Source: Burkholderiales bacterium (GTDB lineage Bacteria > Pseudomonadota > Gammaproteobacteria > Burkholderiales > JBILQJ01). From it: DNA of 42,405 bases. The position numbers and the translations under genes were made by a program. The notes under the pieces were generated by a model. That model did no database searches and was not told the origin of the DNA. It worked only from the letters and a program-made list of their open reading frames with translations. Location: NCBI GenBank assembly GCA_044373325.1, contig JBILQJ010000013.1:1-42405 (forward strand), read 5' to 3'. Of this stretch, positions 38,530 to 42,405 are shown in pieces (position 1 is the stretch's first letter; each line of letters opens with the position of its first letter).

Positions 38530-39114
38530 GTGACAACATTAGTATTGGCTTCTACTTCTCCTTACCGCCTTGAAGTGGTTAAACGCTTACAATTGCCCGT
38601 TGTGGCGGCACGTCCCCATTGTGACGAAACGCCTTTTGCGCATGAAACCGCTTTAGAAACCGCCGTGCGTTTGGCAGAAACCAAAGCGATGTCTTTGCAG
38701 ACTGATTATCCGGATAGCCTGATTATTGGCGGCGATCAGGTGGCTTTGCTGGATGATCAACAAATTGGTAAACCCAAAGATGTGGCGCATGCCGTTGAAA
38801 TGCTGTTGTGGATGAGTGGGCGCACCGTGATTTTTTATTCGGCGCTGTGTTTGCTCAACGCCAAAACAGGACGCACACAAGCCGCCGTCGGTGTGACCAA
38901 AGTGACGTTTCGGCCCTTAACGGAAGCTAAAATCCGCCGCTATTTGGCGGCTGAACCCGATGCATTAAACTGCGCTGGGGCGGCAAAAAGCGAGGCTTTG
39001 GGCGGAGCATTGATTTTAAAAATCGAAAGCGACGACCCAGCCGCCCTCATCGGCGTGCCTTTGTTTCAGTTGGTGACTTTTTTAGAAAACGAAGGCTTAA
39101 ACGTGTTGGCTTAG
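38530..39114 (+). CDS. Maf-family nucleoside-triphosphate pyrophosphatase (YceF-like)
   Basis: 194 aa; GTG start preceded by AAGGAAAA; LVLASTSPYR...LIIGGDQV...ALIGVPLF typical of Maf/YceF. Confidence 0.8.
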   Translation: MTTLVLASTSPYRLEVVKRLQLPVVAARPHCDETPFAHETALETAVRLAETKAMSLQTDYPDSLIIGGDQVALLDDQQIGKPKDVAHAVEMLLWMSGRTVIFYSALCLLNAKTGRTQAAVGVTKVTFRPLTEAKIRRYLAAEPDALNCAGAAKSEALGGALILKIESDDPAALIGVPLFQLVTFLENEGLNVLA

Positions 39115-39166
39115 AGCCAGCGTTTTATCGTCATCACTCAATTTTTTCAGTTGGATACTAAGATTT

Positions 39167-41257
39167 ATGGGGCAACTTGTACTAAACGGCTTGCCGTTTT
39201 TGGCTTTTTTTTGTTTGATTTTGGCGTTAATCGTTGCGCGTCCTGATGGCTTGTGGGTTTGGTTGGGTGTGTTAATCCTGCCGTTTTTATCTCCGGTACA
39301 TTTGTCGCCCTTGCCTCAGTTTACGGCCGAGGCGACGGTGTTTGGGCTGACTTGTGTCGTGGTTTTGGTGCAATTATGTCGCGGTTTGTGGGCGCGGCAG
39401 TTGCCATCGATGGCCATTTTTTGGTTGATGTTGGCGCTGATTTGGGGCGTGCAGCCACTGTTTGTGCCTGTCTTTTATGGCGGATTGAATGCAATTGCGG
39501 CGCTGGTTTTTGTGGGCTTGGCTTTGTTGTCAACGACCAGTTTTGCGTATGTGCAACAATTTGAACGCGAACACAGCCCAGAAGCCTTGATGTGTTTGGT
39601 TGCTCAAGCGGTCATTTTAGGCAGTGTTTTGCAGTCTTTTATTGGCTTTGCGCAATTAACCGAGCTGGTGTTGTATCTCAAAGATGCTTTGTTTTACGAC
39701 GCCAATCGCGTGTCCAGCAACATTGTTGGCCACATCGGCCAACGCAATCAATATGGACAATATGTATTTTGGGGCATCGTGGCGGCCGCGTATTTGTTGG
39801 CCACTCGCACTCGACAAGGCGCAGCGACCTCGACAGGCTTGCCGCTGTTATCTGCCCAAATTGGCTTTGCTTTGGTGTGGGTAAGTCCTTTAGTGATAGG
39901 GCTGGCGGCTTTGTATTTTGGCGAGCCGACTTTGTGGTTTAAATACCGTTTGCCCATCTGCGCCCTTGCTTTTATTTGGCTTAATGGCGGTGTTTGGTGG
40001 TTTTACGAGCAATCTGCCGAGCGCCAAGTGGTCATCAGTTTGGTGTTGGTGATGCTGTGGTTGAGTATTGCGTTGGTGTTTAGCGGATCGCGCACGGTGT
40101 TGTTGTATGCCGCCGCCCTGCTGGCTTTGGCTTTCTTTTGGTGGTTGTTGCCCAAAGACAGTTTACAAGCAGCGAGAGAGCGGAAATCTTTGGTGAAGTG
40201 GAGCTGTGCGGCCGTTTTTTTTGTGTTTAGCATGCAGTTGGTGGTGCCTTGGACGGTGGACAATGCACAACGCCTCAGCGGTTACAGTCAAACATCGGTA
40301 GAAAGTGGTTTGTCTCGTTTGGCGGGCAATGCCGATGGCATGAGCGCACGGCGCATGGTGGAATGGAAAAAAGCATGGATGAGCTTTGAAACTGCGCCTG
40401 TATACGGCGTGGGTTTTATGCAATATTCGGCGCGTAGCGTAGCCTATCAGGCTCTGCCTGAATTTCGCCACAGCGCCATGAATAGCAGTTTGTTTGCGCA
40501 TTCGCACAACATCGTCACGCAATTGTTGGCTGAAATGGGTTTAATCGGGGCGGTGGTTGCTGTGGGCGGCTTCTTGTTGTTGTGTTTGCGTTTGTTGCGT
40601 AGCCCTGCAAAAACACGCTATTTTTTGCCGTTTACGCTACTTTGTGTGATGTTAATTCACAGTTTCTTAGAATATCCTTTGTGGTACGTGTATTTTTTAG
40701 GCGCATTTGCTGTCTTGAGCGCTTTGTTGCCCCAAGCGCATTACAAATTGCCTTTGCTTGGGCGCTGGTTGGGCGGATTCTTGGCGCTGGGTTTGGTGTT
40801 TGCTTTGGTGTGGGGAAGCAGCAGTTATTTGCTCTTAAGAAAATTGCGTGCGCCTGAAAAAGCAGAATACAAACCGCTGTATTATCAAAAACTATTGAAG
40901 ATGGAAAGCACGCATCCGCTGTTGGGGTTTTATGCCTTGAACGAGTTGAGCAATTTTGTGGCGGTTTCCACCGACAACTTGGCCGAAAAACGGGCTTTGT
41001 TGATAAAAATGGCCGCGACGCGTCCTTATCCCAACGTGTTGTTGCGCTTGGCTCAAGTACAAACCTTGTCGGGCAATCCAGCGGCGGCGCAGAGAGCGCT
41101 TGAATTGGCCATGGCTTCTTATCCCATTTATGCGCCTTCTTTTTTGAGCCGTTTGGGCGACGATGTCCGTTGGCAAGGCTTGGCCGAGGAAATCAAGCGC
41201 TTGGCGGCCGCCGATAAACAAGCCCGCGCGCAGGCCAAACTCAACGCAGTGAAGTAA
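39167..41257 (+). CDS. O-antigen ligase-domain (Wzy_C) membrane protein, PglL/TfpO-like O-oligosaccharyltransferase candidate with C-terminal soluble domain
   Basis: 696 aa, about 12 TM helices. The Wzy_C core includes FSGSRTVLLYAAALLALAFFWWLL...SAMNSSLFAHSHNIVTQLLAEMGLIG (the H/R-containing periplasmic loop). A ~150-aa hydrophilic C-terminus follows, as in Neisseria PglL. Confidence 0.7.
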   Translation: MGQLVLNGLPFLAFFCLILALIVARPDGLWVWLGVLILPFLSPVHLSPLPQFTAEATVFGLTCVVVLVQLCRGLWARQLPSMAIFWLMLALIWGVQPLFVPVFYGGLNAIAALVFVGLALLSTTSFAYVQQFEREHSPEALMCLVAQAVILGSVLQSFIGFAQLTELVLYLKDALFYDANRVSSNIVGHIGQRNQYGQYVFWGIVAAAYLLATRTRQGAATSTGLPLLSAQIGFALVWVSPLVIGLAALYFGEPTLWFKYRLPICALAFIWLNGGVWWFYEQSAERQVVISLVLVMLWLSIALVFSGSRTVLLYAAALLALAFFWWLLPKDSLQAARERKSLVKWSCAAVFFVFSMQLVVPWTVDNAQRLSGYSQTSVESGLSRLAGNADGMSARRMVEWKKAWMSFETAPVYGVGFMQYSARSVAYQALPEFRHSAMNSSLFAHSHNIVTQLLAEMGLIGAVVAVGGFLLLCLRLLRSPAKTRYFLPFTLLCVMLIHSFLEYPLWYVYFLGAFAVLSALLPQAHYKLPLLGRWLGGFLALGLVFALVWGSSSYLLLRKLRAPEKAEYKPLYYQKLLKMESTHPLLGFYALNELSNFVAVSTDNLAEKRALLIKMAATRPYPNVLLRLAQVQTLSGNPAAAQRALELAMASYPIYAPSFLSRLGDDVRWQGLAEEIKRLAAADKQARAQAKLNAVK

Positions 41258-41271
41258 GAGGTTGGCCGCAG
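41258..41271. repeat. half palindromic element (right arm only) abutting the pglL-like stop
   Basis: AGAGGTTGGCCGCAG; a degenerate left-arm-like CAGGCCAAACTC lies inside the last codons of the CDS. Confidence 0.5.
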
Positions 41272-41386
41272 TGAGATTTTGATGGTTTGTTTTTTGTATT
41301 TTTTGTGGTTCTTCTTGTCGATGTTTTGTCGATTTATTTTTTCCCTTTCTTTTTTATGATGTGATTTGGACTTTTTATGATGAATT

Positions 41387-42405
41387 TTCTGGATGCTTTT
41401 TTCAAGTTAAAACAAAACGGCACAACGGTCAAAACCGAGGTGTTGGCGGGTTTTACGACTTTTTTAACCATGGCCTACATTATTGTGGTCAACCCGTTGA
41501 TGCTGCAAGATGCGGGCATGGATTATAACGCCGTGTTTGTGGCTACCTGTTTATCGGCGGCTTTGGGGACGGCGATTATGGGGTTGGTGGCCAATTACCC
41601 CATCGCGTTGGCGCCGGGCATGGGCTTGAATGGCTATTTTACGTATTCTGTTGTGAAAGGCATGGGCGTTTCTTGGGAAGTCGCTTTGGGCGCGGTTTTT
41701 TTATCGGGTTTGTTGTTTTTGTTTATTACGGTGGTGAAGTTGCGCGAAGTGTTGGTTCGTGCCATTCCGCGCTCGATTAAATTTGCCATTGCGGCAGGCT
41801 TGGGTTTATTTTTGGCCTTGTTGGGCATGAAATCGGCGGGTTTGGTGGTGGCGCATCCTGCGACGTTGGTGACCTTGGGTAACTTACACAGTCCTACCGT
41901 TTTATTGTCGATTTTGGGCTTCTTTTTGATTATTGCGTTGGAATACCGCAAAGTCCCAGGCGGCGTAATTATCGGAATTTTGAGCGTGACGTTGTTGGGT
42001 GCTTTTATGGGACTGACTAAGTTTCAAGGCATCATGGCGCCGATACCCAGCGTAGAACCCACATTCATGAAAATGGACTTGGCTGGCGCTTTGTCGGGAA
42101 GCTTAATCGGGATTATTTTTGTCTTCTTTTTGGTGGATTTGTTTGACACCACAGGCACGTTGATGGGCGTGGCGCACCGTGCCAAATTGTTGGACGAAAA
42201 AGGCTCATTGCCTCACATTAACAAAGCCTTATTGGCCGATTCGGTGGCCATTACCGTGGGTGCGGTTTTGGGTACGTCTTCGACAACGGCTTATGTTGAA
42301 TCGGCGGCAGGCACGGCGGTGGGCGGGCGCACAGGCTTAACGGCTTTGGTGGTGGCCATTTTGTTTGTTGCCGCGTTGTGGTTTTCGCCCTTGGCGGCTT
42401 CGGTG
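41387..42405 (+). CDS. NCS2-family purine (adenine/guanine/hypoxanthine) permease, 5' partial (runs off window)
   Basis: Open frame from ATGATG at 41387 to the window end. TKVKTEVLAGFTTFLTMAYIIVVNP and later helices are typical of PbuG/AdeP/GhxP permeases. Not in the supplied track because no stop is reached. Confidence 0.85.

Noticed and set aside
39725-39743. GTTGGCCacatcGGCCAAC palindrome inside the pglL-like CDS
   Set aside because: It matches only the 7-bp core in the opposite arm order, lies within a TM-helix coding segment, and has no flanking T/A tracts.

Overview
This is a chromosomal housekeeping region of a Gram-negative proteobacterium; I cannot name the species. Codon bias (TTG/GCG/CAA/GGC) and ~47-50% GC look Neisseria-like, but there is no Neisseria DNA-uptake sequence. 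A separate line of evidence, the chromosomal MCR-like eptA and the PglL-type ligase, is equally compatible with Moraxellaceae.

Gene content, left to right:
- the 3' end of the ribosomal alpha operon (rpsK', rpsD, rpoA, rplQ);
- a small tautomerase-family gene;
- a CpxRA/MisRS-like two-component pair;
- an expanded dipeptide ABC-transporter locus with four tandem dppA-like binding-protein genes and a single dppBCDF, interrupted between dppA1 and dppA2 by a flotillin (SPFH) gene and an eptA/mcr-like phosphoethanolamine transferase gene;
- a DUF3299 lipoprotein and a small membrane protein;
- eno, waaC, a polytopic membrane protein, kdsA, xerD, hemF, acpP-fabF, a monocistronic mlaE, apt, a coiled-coil lipoprotein, glyA, rluC divergent from rne, a maf/yceF-like gene, a PglL/Wzy_C-type O-oligosaccharyltransferase-like gene, and the 5' part of an NCS2 purine permease gene.

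The most striking feature is an abundant, highly conserved ~50-bp palindromic intergenic element. Its arms are TTGCGGCCAACCTTTTT and AAAAAGGTTGGCCGCAA around a variable loop, and there are at least 19 full, inverted, half or decayed copies in 42 kb, roughly one per gene boundary. Sub-families of near-identical copies occur as direct repeats that bracket gene modules: the flotillin gene, and the DUF3299-to-waaC block. The track's long reverse-strand ORFs that read through these copies (EKGWPQG peptides) are artefacts.

No CRISPR array, tRNA, rRNA, IS element or prophage was seen.
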